From NCBI GenBank assembly GCA_951406725.2, contig OX597823.1:62310001-62374000 (forward strand): a stretch of DNA of 64,000 bases, written 5' to 3'. The position numbers and the translations under genes were made by a program. Below the pieces are notes generated by a model. The model did not search any database, was not told the DNA's origin, and worked only from the letters and a program-made list of their open reading frames with translations. Shown piece after piece: positions 12,047-24,998 of the stretch. Origin of the DNA: Octopus vulgaris (taxonomy: Eukaryota). Position 1 is the stretch's first letter, and the number at the start of each line of letters is the position of its first letter.

Positions 12047-12580
12047 TGCCCCGATCCAGTACCAGGCAGTGGCTCTCATGGCTGCTGATCTTAACTGATT
12101 GGAAGTGCTATCATGTACATTGATTTGTTTTTGTATAAAAGATGGGCTACAGTAAATATTTTGCTCAATACCACAGATTTGCTTGTCAGTTATTTGACCT
12201 TAACCACTTGACCATTTCCCTTAGTGGCTGACGATATGTGCATCTCTGACCACGAGCAGAAGTAGTAGGGGAGCATCATAGCCGTGTGTTGAAAGAAATT
12301 CTTAGAGGTTTGGCTAATTCACCTTTGGAAACATGGGTGGTTCGTTCAACATCCTTAAACAATCCTTATTCAGGGACCTTTTGAGCGGGATGAGCTACTC
12401 GACCAGAAGAAAATTCTAACTGGGCCCCACCTGCAAGGTCATGCGCTGTTTATCTTGATATGAGATCACCATGTTGCACACATATGGCTGTGATGCATGT
12501 GCCTAGTGTACCCTTATTAGACGGATAGTCCTGATGGGTATACTGGGCTTCGTATATTTTACCCCAGTGTCACTTTAATG
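12047..12580 (+). mobile_element. Unclassified interspersed repeat adjoining (TAA)n
   Basis: 12445-12578 recurs in reverse at 37530-37672, also beside a (TTA)n tract. Confidence 0.6.
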
Positions 12581-12853
12581 AGAAACAAACACAGAGAGAG
12601 AAAGTAAGAGTTAGACAAAACAGACTGATTCTGAGGGAACAAGAAAGAAAAATTGTGGAATCAATGAAGAAGAAAAAAAGAGAAAGCAGGAGATAAAAGT
12701 AAGAGATGATAATGACAAATAGTGGTGGTATAAGTGGTGGTGAAATGTCAAAAAGTTGGAGTGTGCATAAAGAGATAAAATTAGCCTGGAGCCGTAATGG
12801 AAGAGTAAGTAAGAGAGATAGAGAGATAGAGAGAGACAGAGATAGAGAAACAA

Positions 12854-12902
<49 letters not shown>

Positions 12903-12938
12903 AAAAAGGAGATGTGGAACACGAGTTGTGATATATAA

Positions 12939-13257
12939 AAAAGGAAATGAAGAAAATGCTGACAAAATAATTTAAGTAATTTAAGTAATTTAATTAGGTG
13001 AAGTTCTTTTTACCGGTTGCGCATTTGTTATGCTTATCAAAAGATATTTTTTTAAGAGAGATTAGAGTTCCTTTCTGATAGATTTTTTCCTCTTATCAGA
13101 TAAGAGGAAAAAATCTATCAGAAAGGAACTCTAATCTCTCTTTAAAAAATATCTTTTGATAAGCATAACAAATGCGCAACCGGTAAAAAGAACTTCACCT
13201 AATTAAATTACTTAAATTACTTAAATTATTTTGTCAGCATTTTCTTCATTTCCTTTT
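12939..13257. repeat. Near-perfect 319-bp palindrome (159-bp arms, 1-nt centre at 13098) flanked by TA repeats
   Basis: AAAAGGAAATGAAGAAAATGCTGAC...TTATC-A-GATAA...GTCAGCATTTTCTTCATTTCCTTTT; one mismatch seen. Confidence 0.92.
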
Positions 13258-13263
13258 ATATAT

Positions 13264-13331
<68 letters not shown>

Positions 13332-13749
13332 ATTATCCTAAGAAGTGGGAGTCTACGTAAAAGTGATAGTTTAAAATAAACATGCAAGCGTAAAAGCGCA
13401 AAGTATAGAGTTTGAAGAATGAAAGAGATATTGGAAGGGAAGAATGAAGAATATAATAAATACGTAACAAAGTTTGCGACGTCACTGAGTCATTGGTTAT
13501 CTCATTCTCTCATCATCTCTCACACTCTCTTCCTCTTTCTCCCTCCCTCTCCTCCCCCTCTCTCATCTCACTGCGTTTGTTTGACATATTTTTGTAGTGT
13601 GCCTTAGTATATACAAAAAGATGGCACTATTAGTTGAAATGTTAGTTTGCTACACGAACCAAACACGAAACTAATATCTTCTGTATGAGTATTATAGATA
13701 TGTATATATTTATGTTTGTCAGTATTTGTGTATGTATTTATATATTTAA

Positions 13750-13822
<73 letters not shown>

Positions 13823-15129
13823 CATACATACATACATACATACATACATACATACATACATACATACATACATACATACATTGCAAAATATGGATGAAAT
13901 TCATGCAGTTTACATTATAACCTTATACTATAAATTTTCTGTAGGTAGGCAAATAGAACTTTAGCAAGAATATCCGTATACACACACACACATACGCACA
14001 TACGTACATAAATACATACACACATACACATATATATATACGCGCACGCGCACGCTGTTACACACACATACACGTACAACACACACAAAACACACGCATA
14101 CACATATGAGAGAGAGAGAGACAAATATTCTTCTAGTGTGGTATTTCCTCAGATTTTGCTAGTCATTGAAATTTATTCATTTATTCTGATTGGATGTGCT
14201 TCCACCGCCATGTGAAACTATGTGCAAAAATGTTCTTTATGTAAAGCGTCTATATAAAGAAATAAAAATTTGTTTTTTACGCTCTTTCGCATTTGATGCG
14301 GGAAGACTACTTAAAAAATAATAATACTGTCAGACATCTGAACACGAAACCCCAAACAGGACATATCCCCAAAGATCCAAAAGGTAAAAATATGTAATCA
14401 AGATAACAAACTTTTGCACTTTTAAAAGCAATAACATTTTCACAAGTAAAATTTAAATACATTTTATGCACAGATTTTTGCACCACAGTAACCTATTTCC
14501 CTATGTTGCTAGTAATACAGACATTTTAACTATGGGTCAGCTATAGGAGAAGAAAATGGTGTGGAATAAATGCGAAACAAAGTGAATTGCACACCAACAC
14601 GTGATTGTCATCCAAAAATGACAAAGGCAGAAGATGCTAACCTATACTTTGCAAACGAGTGGGAAAAAGTTCATCTTCACAATTTAATACTAAACCTGTG
14701 TAATGGCAATGTAGTTCATATGTACAATAAGCACAAGATATGAGGTATCCCGGAAAGAATTTTAACGAAAATATATCGGTATATATGTATATCAAAGAGG
14801 GAGAAGGCAAGAAAGACAGAGAGAGAGAGATTATTTTCTATCGTAGAATTTCCTTACAGGTTCGAATATGCCTTGAGCATGTTTGAACAGGTAACAAGCT
14901 TGTATATATATATATGGATGTGTGTGTGTGATACAGTTATTAAATATATATATATTTGATGTACATGAAACACGAAAGACTTGCATCATTGTCTACAAAA
15001 ACTCAAACTCGTGTTAACTGTAAACCATGTGGCCATACTACTGTTTAAACCAATGTAACATTACAACTTAAAACATCCCATTTAGAAGCTTTAGCCCTAA
15101 AAGCTAAGATTCCAACATATATATATAAA

Positions 15130-15194
<65 letters not shown>

Positions 15195-15320
15195 CTTACA
15201 AAATAAGGGCAAAAGAAAAATTCTAATGCCAAATACGCCGAAAAAAGACAAAAATGTCAATAACCATTACAATTTATGCGTCTCGAAACAAGCCGATAGA
15301 AATTACTAAAAGATCCGTTA

Positions 15321-15381
15321 TTACCGTATTGGTCCCAATTTCGGGGTTAATTCATAAGAATTTTCCCCTCCTCAGCGATAA
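15321..15381 (-). ncRNA. Type I hammerhead ribozyme motif (sense to DYRK4 pre-mRNA)
   Basis: TTATCG-CTGAGGA-GGGGAAAATTC(TTAT)GAATTAACCCC-GAAA-TTGG(GA)CCAA-TA-CGGTAA: stem I 6 bp, canonical CUGANGA and GAAA core, bulged stem II, stem III, AUA cleavage triplet. Confidence 0.75.
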
Positions 15382-15465
15382 ATACGTAAGACATAAATGA
15401 AATACTTACTTAGTGCTTGCTTTTTCCATGGGTATGAGTAAGTATTTCATTTATGTCTTACGTAT

Positions 15466-15526
15466 TTATCGCTGAGGAGGGGAAAATTCTTACGAATTAA
15501 CCCCGAAATTGGGACCAATACGGTAA
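15466..15526 (+). ncRNA. Type I hammerhead ribozyme motif (mirror copy in the other palindrome arm)
   Basis: Same fold as 15321-15381; the only difference is in loop II (TTAC vs TTAT). Confidence 0.75.
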
Positions 15527-15749
15527 TAACGGATCTTTTAGAAATTTCTATCGGCTTGTTTCGAGACGCATAAATTATAATGGTTATTGACAATTTTGTC
15601 TTTTTTTCGGCATATTTGGCATTAGAAATTTTCTTTTGCCCTTATTTTATAAGTTATTTATAAATTTAACCTTTAAAGGTATTTTTTAATATGCTGGCCA
15701 TTGATAAAATTTTTTTTCGAAAAAAATGTTATCCTACATTAGTTATTAG

Positions 15750-16395
15750 TCTTTTAAACACAAGAGAAATTACCTTTAACAGGTAATTTTACACGCTAGA
15801 AGAAGCAGTCAAAAGCGTGTAAAATTACCTGTTAAAAGTAATTTCTCTTGTATTTAAATGTACACTATTTTATATTGAAAATATGTTGGTTATTGACCTT
15901 TTATACATGCTAGGCCACTGGTAGTGAAATTTCTATAAATATTCGCTACCCTATATATTTTACGTATATGATTTTAGCTTTTCGGCATTTTTCATTTACT
16001 GCCGACTGAAACTGCGCTTGCGCGGTGAATTTGAAAAAACTATAACATGTAATGATGAGACACATGTTATTTGTCTCTAAATTATATATTAATGTTATGG
16101 CACGGTTACTGTTGAGAATTTCGCCTATCAAATTATTTTATTTGCTAAAAAAATTTGAAACCTAGGTATAATCGTAAAAAAATAACAAGGTGAAAGTTTT
16201 TATTTTTCATTCCTTTCGAAATTGCTCTTACATGTGGTTTCGGTCGTTTTGACTGCTTCTTCTAGCGTGTAAAATTACCTGTTAAAGTTAATTTCTCTTC
16301 TGCTTAAATGTACACTATTTTATATTGAGAATATGTTGTCTATTGACTTTTTATATAAGCTAGGCCACTAGTAGTGAAATTTCTATAAATATTCG

Positions 16396-16402
<7 letters not shown>
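15750..16402 (-). mobile_element. Composite pLTR-like cassette with ~40-bp palindrome and ~145-bp direct repeat
   Basis: Palindrome about 15759-15851; 15814-15957 repeated at 16264-16402; hammerhead-like CTAGAAGA..GTC(AAAAC)GAC-CGAAAC..GTA on - strand near 16225-16268; ends in (TA)n. Confidence 0.55.
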
Positions 16403-16427
<25 letters not shown>

Positions 16428-16935
16428 GTAAACGTCAAGATTGTATATGATATAAGCTTGTATAGTACTTACAAGTACGACGTAAGATAAAATATATGAA
16501 CAGTATCAGCCACGGGAATCAAGTCACGTACCTCTTATAAATGCCGAACACCCCTCCCACACACAAACACACACACAAACACACCCACCCACAGATGTGC
16601 AAATACAGAGACAGAAAGAGAGAGAGAGACTAATAGTGTCTCCTGCTAAGACAGCCGTGCCTATGCGTTTAGTTTTGAGCTTAAAGAATATTTACAATGT
16701 CAGCCAGGTGTAATTTGGCAAAACGACCAACTGGGCAGCAACTAATTACTACATAAGTTATGCACGAAAAATCCGTTGACATCAACTAGACCACTGTTTG
16801 TCAACCAATTTATTTACCTATAGATCCCTTTGATAACTATTTTACTCTTATAGATCCTCCTAGCTATTCGATATTTAAAATAATCCCATTTTCATAATTA
16901 GATATTATTAGGAATTGCATAAAAATAATTATTAA

Positions 16936-17146
16936 AACAAGAGCACTCAGAGAGGGCAAACCTCCGCCAAGGAAACACCGACGTCCTCTCGACGATTAGC
17001 CAGAGATGATTTTTAAAATGAGAATATCTGAAATAAACTCGACTGCTCTCACAAACGAGAATACTAAAAATGAACCCACCGCTCTCCAAACAAACAAACA
17101 AACACGACTGAAAACAATACCTCCGCCTTCGCTAAGGCGGAAGTAA
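16936..17146 (+). mobile_element. Helentron-associated / DINE-like short element
   Basis: AACAAGAG start, CCTCCGCC subterminal repeat, (ACAA)n, 3' hairpin TCCGCCTT-CGCT-AAGGCGGA. Confidence 0.55.
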
Positions 17147-17154
17147 TAAGCAAT

Positions 17155-17810
17155 ATAGCTAGTTGTAAAATCTCAAGAGATCAGCACTACAAAAGGAGGC
17201 ACGATAACGTGGCCAAGTTCGTCCACGGGAAGCTATGTGAAAAGTATGGCCTGAGAAGAGTACAGAAATTGTACTAACATGAACCAGAAGGAGTTGACAA
17301 AACAAGGAATATAAGATATTGTGGGAGTGTTTACAATCCAATGTGACTCCCTAATCGAGGCTCGGAGACCAGATATTGTGGTAGATAAAGGGAAAAAGGG
17401 AAAAAGGGAAATCAATATTATAGATATTGCAATACCCGGAGATGCCCACATAAGTGACAAAAAAAACTAGAAAAGATTGAAAAATACAGACTACAAAAGG
17501 TGAAATCCCAAGAATGTGGACTACGAGGAGAGTGTCTGTCATTCCAGTCGTTATAGGGGCACACGGAGCACTAACAACCAAGTTCGAGAAATATGTCAGA
17601 GAAATCGGAATTGACATGAGAGCAGAGCAAGCCCAAAAAACTACGATGTTGAAGACAGCTAGGATTTTGAGATTGGTACATGGATGTTGATAATTAACAA
17701 CCAAGTATCAAAGCTTATAATGTCCGGAAAGAGACTTTGTGAGACCTCTGACAACAGGATGCTGTCCGCTCTCACATAATCTACCAGAGCAAACAAGATT
17801 GAGTCCTCTG
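17155..17810 (+). mobile_element. R4/Dong-like non-LTR retrotransposon 3' fragment (restriction-like endonuclease), frameshifted
   Basis: KRRHDNVAKFVH, RRPDIVV, IIDIAIPGD, KIEKY, PVVIGAHG motifs across frames. Confidence 0.8.
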
Positions 17811-18800
17811 AGAGGTAAAACAATGCTTTCTACAACAGACACAAGGCTTGAAACTTTGTGGGAGGGGTTAGTGGATTATATTGATCCCACTGCGTAACTG
17901 ATACTTATTTCATCGACCTGAAAGGATGAAATACAAAGCTGACCTCGGTGGAATTTAAACTCAGAACGTAAGGACGACGAAATGACTCTAAGTGTTTTAC
18001 CCGCCGTGCTAACGATTCTGCCAGCTCGCCAATCATTTTAAAGAGAAAGAAAAAGCAACTCTGTTGTCAGTGCCCCAACAAATGGAACTGACATTCTATC
18101 GGAATATAAGATCTATATCAGCAACGACAGTCCTATGAAAGAAACAGTTCAGTGCTGGAATAAATGACTTGTTACATTTACTTTCGATCTTCTAGGCTTA
18201 AAACTGAAGTTTTTCAAGAGCGACCTCGCATTTCAACCTTCTTGGGACGAATCTGCGCGTTCGTTAAATCTGCCAAAAAAACATCGCCACTTTTCCCTCT
18301 AATACAAACCTATCGTGCTAAAAATAATAAAGACATATTGAATAATATTGTCCCCGAAATACAGAAAGATGGAATCGTCATATCTGGAACGCTTTTGATT
18401 AAAGACATCAGCAGTATTAAGTCATTCAAAAAGTTGTTTATTTACCAGAGTTCTTTTAAAGTACTTAGGTTAAGATCTAAATCACCGTCACCCCGACCCA
18501 CAAACCCACATCACACCACCACCACATTCTTGTCGACAGGCCGATAGTCTACAGCATTAGGTTAGATGTCTTCATAAACAACATTTCCATGCAAATGTCC
18601 TCACATGCTGTGAACATTGAGTCGAACACAGCCATAGCAAAAGCAAATATTAAGTTAGTAGCGTTTTACGCCTTGTTAGATAGTGAGCCGTGGCGAGAAC
18701 AAGTGAGGAAGAGGCATGACTCTACAACCTAACATGCGTTATCATTAATTAAATAATCAAATAATCAAAAACTACCGAAATCATGTGTGTGCGTGCGTGC

Positions 18801-18850
<50 letters not shown>

Positions 18851-18981
18851 ACACCTTTTACCATAAGAGAGAGAACTTTTTCTCCACGGTAACTGCAGTG
18901 AATTTGCCTATAGAAGTTGAAATATGTATGTGACAAACATATTTTAACTAACTCAATATACATACATATATACATACATGA

Positions 18982-19296
18982 TGGAGGCGCAATGGCCCAG
19001 TGGTTAGGGCAGCGGACTCGCGGTCGGAGGATCGCGGTTTCGATTCCCAGACCGGGCATTGTGTGTGTTTATTGAGCGAAAACACCTAAGAAGCTCCACG
19101 AGATTCCGGCATGGGGGGGGGGGGCGACCCCTGTTGTACTCTTTCGCCCCAACTTTCTCTCACTCTTTCTTCCTCTTTCTTGAGGTATAGCTGCGATGGA
19201 CTGGCGTCCCGTCCAGCTGGGGGGAACACATACGCCACAGAAACCGGGAAACCGGGTCCATGAGCCTGGCTAGGCTTGAAAAGGGCGCATAAATAA
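18982..19296 (+). mobile_element. tRNA(Arg)-like SINE family B
   Basis: GGAGGCGCAATGGCCCAGTGGTTAGGGCAGCGGACTCGCGG...GGTTTCGATTCCC; copies with different 3' halves at 20300-20608 (+) and 1545-1889 (-). Confidence 0.85.
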
Positions 19297-19313
19297 ATAA
19301 TACATATATATAC

Positions 19314-19364
<51 letters not shown>

Positions 19365-19999
19365 CATACACACACAAACACACACATATATATATATACT
19401 TATTGAACAAAAGTTGTCAAGAATGCAGTCACAGCTCAGAACTAATTGAGTAACTTAAGTCAGCTCTAAATAACCTGCCTAGTCCAGATTAATTGTGTGT
19501 TAACTTGGCTTTATGAATAAGTAATGCAGTTATACTTATAATGGCTTAGTCACTTGTCTAGCACGTCTTACCTGACTCACCATCCTGACAGTTAGATCCT
19601 GAAATCAAGACAACGAATTAGAATGGTGTTTACTTAAGCTTTCTGTACATTCTCGATATTAAATATTAAACAAGTTTTCTCCTACGATTTCAGCTAAAAA
19701 AAGAATGTACTTTCGATCAAGATTATTTTACACAGTGGAGTCACTGGAGTTGATGTCTCTAGTGCAGTGACTCACCCATTACTATGAGCCTTACATTGTA
19801 CCATACCAAATAGAACTCATAGAAAAATTTGTATACTTCAATATATCCAATCAACTTAAGTGTCCATGTAACGCTGGCAAGTTATGGCAAACTGAGAATG
19901 GTATATAAATAAAGACGTAAAAACTAAAAGCGAACAAGAAAGATCTACAGATAAAGAACATTAATTAAATGTAGTTCAATCTTTTTGTAAACTTCATGA

Positions 20000-20089
<90 letters not shown>

Positions 20090-20129
20090 TGCGTGCGTGT
20101 GTGTGTGTGTGAGTGAGTGTGTTTGTATA

Positions 20130-20161
<32 letters not shown>

Positions 20162-20299
20162 GAAAATAGTAAAAAGTGAAAAAACTACAGAAGGCTTGTT
20201 TTCAAAGGTTAAAAAATATATATTTGAGTCAATATGTCTGAAGAATGTTATAAATGTTTTTCATACAATGACATAGTTTATGTGTGTGTGTGTGTGTGT

Positions 20300-20608
20300 G
20301 GAGGCGCAATGGCCCAGTGGTTAGGGCGGCTGAGTCGCGGTTGTAAAATCGCGGTTTCGATTCCCAAACCGGGCGTTGTGAGTCTTTATTGAGCGAAAAC
20401 ACCTAAAGCTCCACGAGGCTCCGGCAGGGGGGAGGTCGATCCCTGCTGTACTCTTTCGCCCCAACTTTCTTTCACACTTTCTTCTGTTGGCCTGCTCGCT
20501 TAGCCAGCGGGGTGACGTCTTTTGAAGGCTAAACAATGCGAAGCGCATTGTGACCAGCGATATGTAGCAACATCTGAAAGCCTGGTCGGTCACGGTAATT
20601 ACGGTGAT
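20300..20608 (+). mobile_element. SINE family B
   Basis: Same tRNA-like head as 18982. Confidence 0.82.
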
Positions 20609-21139
20609 ATATAAGTATGTATGTATTTATCTATGTATATATATACATATATATATTTCTTTTAATCTTTATTTCTCTCCACATTTATATTCTCTCCTAC
20701 TGTGCCCTCTATACATTCTGATTGAACCCTCCTTGTGTTAACATGTACCTCCCATGTGTTAACATGTACCTCCCTTTCATTTTATCAAGGTATCCTTGGC
20801 CTGAAGAGTAGCCTGTGGTATACACCTCGCTTGGATATCTACCACTTCTGAGGTAAATATGAGGCATATGTAGCTCGGATTTTATCTACCCTATTCTTAA
20901 AATCTTGTATTCTTATACGCACACCCGGCAACGCTGGTCGCCTACCGTGAAATAAGAAAGGAACTTTTTTAGGTTTATCGTACTTCGTTACGAAATCTTA
21001 AAAAAATCCACAACCTTCCGTCTCAATAAACCGGTATTGTTCCAGAAAATTGCTTTTTATATTTACTACGGATTACTTGAAGCTAACTTTCTTCCTACAC
21101 CTCGATCCCTGGATCTTTTATATATATGCGACATTTACG

Positions 21140-21202
<63 letters not shown>

Positions 21203-21249
21203 GCACATGATAGGTCGTCATAATAGATCGCCATGATAGATCGCTAGCC

Positions 21250-21422
21250 ACTACACAATCTTTATTTTCTCTCCTTGTTTCTTTTTGTGTTCCTTTCTGT
21301 GTAAGATCATAGGCTCGAAATGTTAAAGACTTTTTCACTTCCGGAGCGTTATACTAATACATCTATTTCTTGTCTACACCACTTGTCTTCGTCTTTTGCT
21401 CTTTTTTTTTTGTGAATTCTCC

Positions 21423-21424
<2 letters not shown>
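21250..21424 (+). mobile_element. Same pLTR-like family, degenerate hammerhead-like motif at 21293-21328
   Basis: CTTT-CTGTGTA-AGATCATAGGCTC-GAAATGTT-AAAG; near reverse complement of 52445-52602. Confidence 0.6.
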
Positions 21425-21466
<42 letters not shown>

Positions 21467-22166
21467 GCACATACATACATGCATATTTTTTCGGGAATTT
21501 AAGGAGCATGAGCGTATAAGGAGCACCCAATTTTGGTAAGCCGAATTAGCAGAAAATAAAATTGCAGTCAACTCCGAATCTCTGAGATGAATGTTACACG
21601 TTTTCATTTATAGGAAGCTCGAAAGATTTAGACTGGCGTACTTTAGTAAGCTACGAATGGTAAACTACGTTAAATACCTTAATACTGCCAAATATCACTA
21701 CTTTTTATGTTTCGGTAATACTGGTTGCTATCCTCTTATGTAAACCGACAACAGCACACACCTGCTAGGAATGCATATACTGCTTATTATATACTGAATA
21801 AATATCTCATATCTTTTTGTAGTTCCAGTCATTAGACAGCGACCATGCTGGGGCACCGCCTTCAAGTAATTTTTACCCGAATTAATCGACCCCCACGACT
21901 TAATTTTTCTAAATCTGGTATTTATCTTATTAGTGTCTTTTGCCGAACTGCTATGTTAAATGGACGTAAACACACCAACATCGGTTATCAAGAAGCGGTG
22001 GCAGGGGACGAACACAGACACACACACACATGTATATATGTATATTTATGTATGTTGTGCGTGTGTATGAGTGTGTGTGTGTCTTTGTATGTGTCTGTGT
22101 GGGTGTACGTTTGAGTGTATCTGCGTGTGTTTGTAAAAGAATCAACAGATAAAAGTTGAAACGTAC

Positions 22167-22248
22167 CTCGCTGGTATTCATAACAACTAGAACCAAAGTC
22201 TATAACCTTTATGGAACTCTGACCTCTTTGTTTCAGTAAAATATTTTC
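22167..22248 (-). CDS. DYRK4: DYRK4-like exon: ENILL...[15 protein letters not shown]
   Basis: ttttgcag| acceptor, GAG|gtacgt donor, 82 nt phase 0 to 1; DFGSSC motif. Confidence 0.96.
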
Positions 22249-23816
22249 CTGCAAAAATAGACAAAATACATTATACAATGCGTATGATGATGTCAGCATC
22301 GTAAAAATTATCATTGCTTTGGTCATAGAAATGCCCTGATTATTACGATGAACATTGAAAAATGAAAACATCTCATATTCCTTATGGCTTACGTTTGAAG
22401 CTTTCATTTCCAAGTACTACGAAAAATATCAAGTTAATCCGGAGGAGTACACCTCTTCTCCGAAATATTGATCATGCCCAGAAATTGCAAACAAAAATCG
22501 TAACAATGGAATGTCTTAACCAGGAACCGAACCTGTATCAGAAGCCCGAACCTGTATCAGCTTACTCCACTCTTCACAGCTACATTATTTTAACCATGAA
22601 ACGGTCATCAAGTAAGAAACTTTTCCAAAGCAAAATTAAGAACGATTGCACTTATTATGTCCTGCCATTGCGTGATGAAATTTTCGTTATGCTTTCATCT
22701 GAACCTAATTCATCGGTTTATTCTTCGTCTTAAAGCTTATTAATATTTTACATTTACTGGTCGATTGTCAGGCTTGTAGGGTAAAGAGGTTGAAGAAGAT
22801 CATATTTATTAGGATATAATTTCAGTTAGTAATTAACTAATATTGTCGTTTCTTCATCAAATAATTACTTCTAATTATCTTTTCAATGAGGGGGTTTTGT
22901 AAACCGTATTAACTAGAATCATTTTTCAAATATTAGCAATTAATTAATATTGCCTTTAATCTCATACATAAACACACATACACACACATACATACACACA
23001 TACACACGCGCATACATACACATACAGACATGCATGTATACATACATAAATACTTGCATAAATACATACATATATGAATACATACATAAATACATACATA
23101 CATACATACATACATACATACACATAAGGTAGATCTATTTCTTTTATCGTAGATCTGTTAGGTAAAAGCTAAACTGGGACTAAAAACAGCAATTAAAGAG
23201 GCAGTTACGTGGAAGGGGAACCTACTAGAGAAACAGCTGTCAAAGCTCCCTTAAACTACACTTCCGCATTAAAACAGAAGGATACTTTACTGAACTGAGT
23301 CCCTGATACACAAAAGGATAAAGATGGTCACGGCTGGAAGGCTTTCATGACTGGACTGTTCAACATAGAAACAAGCAGCCAAATTTCCCTCAAATCACTC
23401 TTTCGTTTGTTTTAAAAAGAGGAGTTTTTGTCTAACACTGTCTAACAAATTTTAGTTGATCGAAATTTTCTATCACATTGAGTCAAACGAATGATTTAAC
23501 TTTTACAAAAAGCACAGAAGTAAATAATTTGTTGATTTTGAACCGACCAGCATTAAATTTCGATCAAAGGAAGTTCTGGCTATTGAGAAAATCTCTGATT
23601 AAAATTCTATCCTAAACTGCATCTTTTTCCTTTTTTTTTCTTCTTTTTTTTTTACAGAAATAGTGTATTTTTCCACATTATTCAGTCTGTCCTTCACCTT
23701 TTAAAAGACGGGAAGATGTGATTTAACAGACATTTGGCCGCTATCTCTAGTAGAGTCAAACGATCGTGTTAAAGCTCGATGGTCGACGCGTTGATTATAT
23801 ATTTAGCTAAGCTTAC

Positions 23817-23955
23817 TGGTTTTAGATCGCAGTGGATGATCTTTTCTCTGTGCAACAGTTTCAAGCAATGAAGTAAGGCAATAGCAAACTTTCGTATTAA
23901 GCTGACACTGAAGCCTTGGAAGTTGTTTCTCTTGATTAGCTGGTAGAGGTTCATT
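23817..23955 (-). CDS. DYRK4: DYRK4-like exon: subdomain VI ([16 protein letters not shown]...IIHCDLKP)
   Basis: poly-T ttcag| acceptor, CCA|gtaagc donor, 139 nt phase 2 to 0; DYRK-type HCDLKP catalytic loop. Confidence 0.96.
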
Positions 23956-24669
23956 CTGAAAAAAAAAAAAGAAATTAACAATTAAAACATTATTATTATT
24001 AATTAGAAGTAGTAAAAGTATCAGCAGTAGCATGGATTTGAATTTCCATCAGAAAAACATCTGGTAATATACCAGATCTTTCTGCTGGAATTTGCAATTA
24101 ATTTGTAATTCAAGCGCTTGAAATTTATATTACAATAAAAAAAAAAAGCATCAGGTAGATGTTTGTGCTTAAATTTGTGCTCTTTTTCTCTGCTTTTCGG
24201 TGGAATAATTTTTCAGTTTGGTTTACTTGACTTATTAAAAAATTTTCATCAAGGTGGCTCTTTTGTTCCCCTTAAACATCGGCTCTTTTATGGCGATAAT
24301 CAGAGTAGACACCCACACTGGTTGTATCATCTTTGAAACATGTAAATAAAAGTTGCCCATCAGGAAATACGGAGAAATTTCATTTACAAAAAAAAAGGGT
24401 TAAAAAAGATTCGAGAACATCGAGTGTAAGGACACGAAAACTTTGGATAGTTTAGAAGAGCCTGTTAAGAAGAGATTGTTGTGTATACTGTCACCCAGAG
24501 ATGGGCATATGGAAGAATGTTAGAATGAGACTAGAAGGCGAGCTGGGCTCGTGAGTTTATGAACCTGCCTACAGTGAAGTATCGCAGTGCATGCGCCAAA
24601 GAAGTAAAATGGATTGACTTAGAATACTGATGTCCGAATACGAGTAGGTGGTGAATACAGAAGTGACCT

Positions 24670-24998
24670 TAAAAAGACTCCGCCGGTTACGACGACGAGG
24701 GTCCCAGCTGATACGATCAACGGAACAGCTTGCTCGTGAAATTAACGTGCAAATGGCTGAGCATTCCACAGACACATGTACCCTTAACGTAGTTCTCGGG
24801 GATAATCAGCGTGACACAGAGAGTGACAAGGCTGACCCTTTGAAATACAAGTACAACTCATTTTTGCCAGCTGAGTGGACTGGAGCAACGTGAAATAAAG
24901 TGTCTTGCTCAAGGACACAACGCGTCGCCGGGAATCGAACTCACAACCTTACGATCATGAGCCGAATGCCCTAACCACTAAGCCACGCGCCCTCACCA
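24670..24998 (-). mobile_element. tRNA-derived SINE family C with 13-bp TSD
   Basis: Head GGGCGCGTGGCTTAGTGGTTAGGGC...GAGTTCGATTCCC; ACAGAAGTGACCT at 24657-24669 and 24999-25011; older copies at 2420-2640 (+) and 33200-33500 (-). Confidence 0.85.

Larger units (their letters stand above)
15191..15657. mobile_element. Palindromic (fold-back) Penelope-pLTR-like cassette, ~220-bp arms, 26-nt spacer, next to (TA)n
   Basis: ATAACTTACAAAATAAGGGC... mirrors ...GCCCTTATTTTATAAGTTAT; arms 15191-15410 and 15437-15657 with a few substitutions; carries hammerheads. Confidence 0.75.

Noticed and set aside
18982-19055. tRNA genes (also 24925-24995, 8383-8450)
   Set aside because: tRNA-like heads run straight into SINE bodies, are multi-copy and diverged, and lack proper acceptor stems and terminators
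20795-21000. Hammerhead with very long stem II (CTGAAGA-GTAGC...GTTAC-GAAA); similar partial cores at 52747 and 56490-56535
   Set aside because: Stems I/III not convincingly formed or core too decayed; probably degenerate pLTR relics, not called
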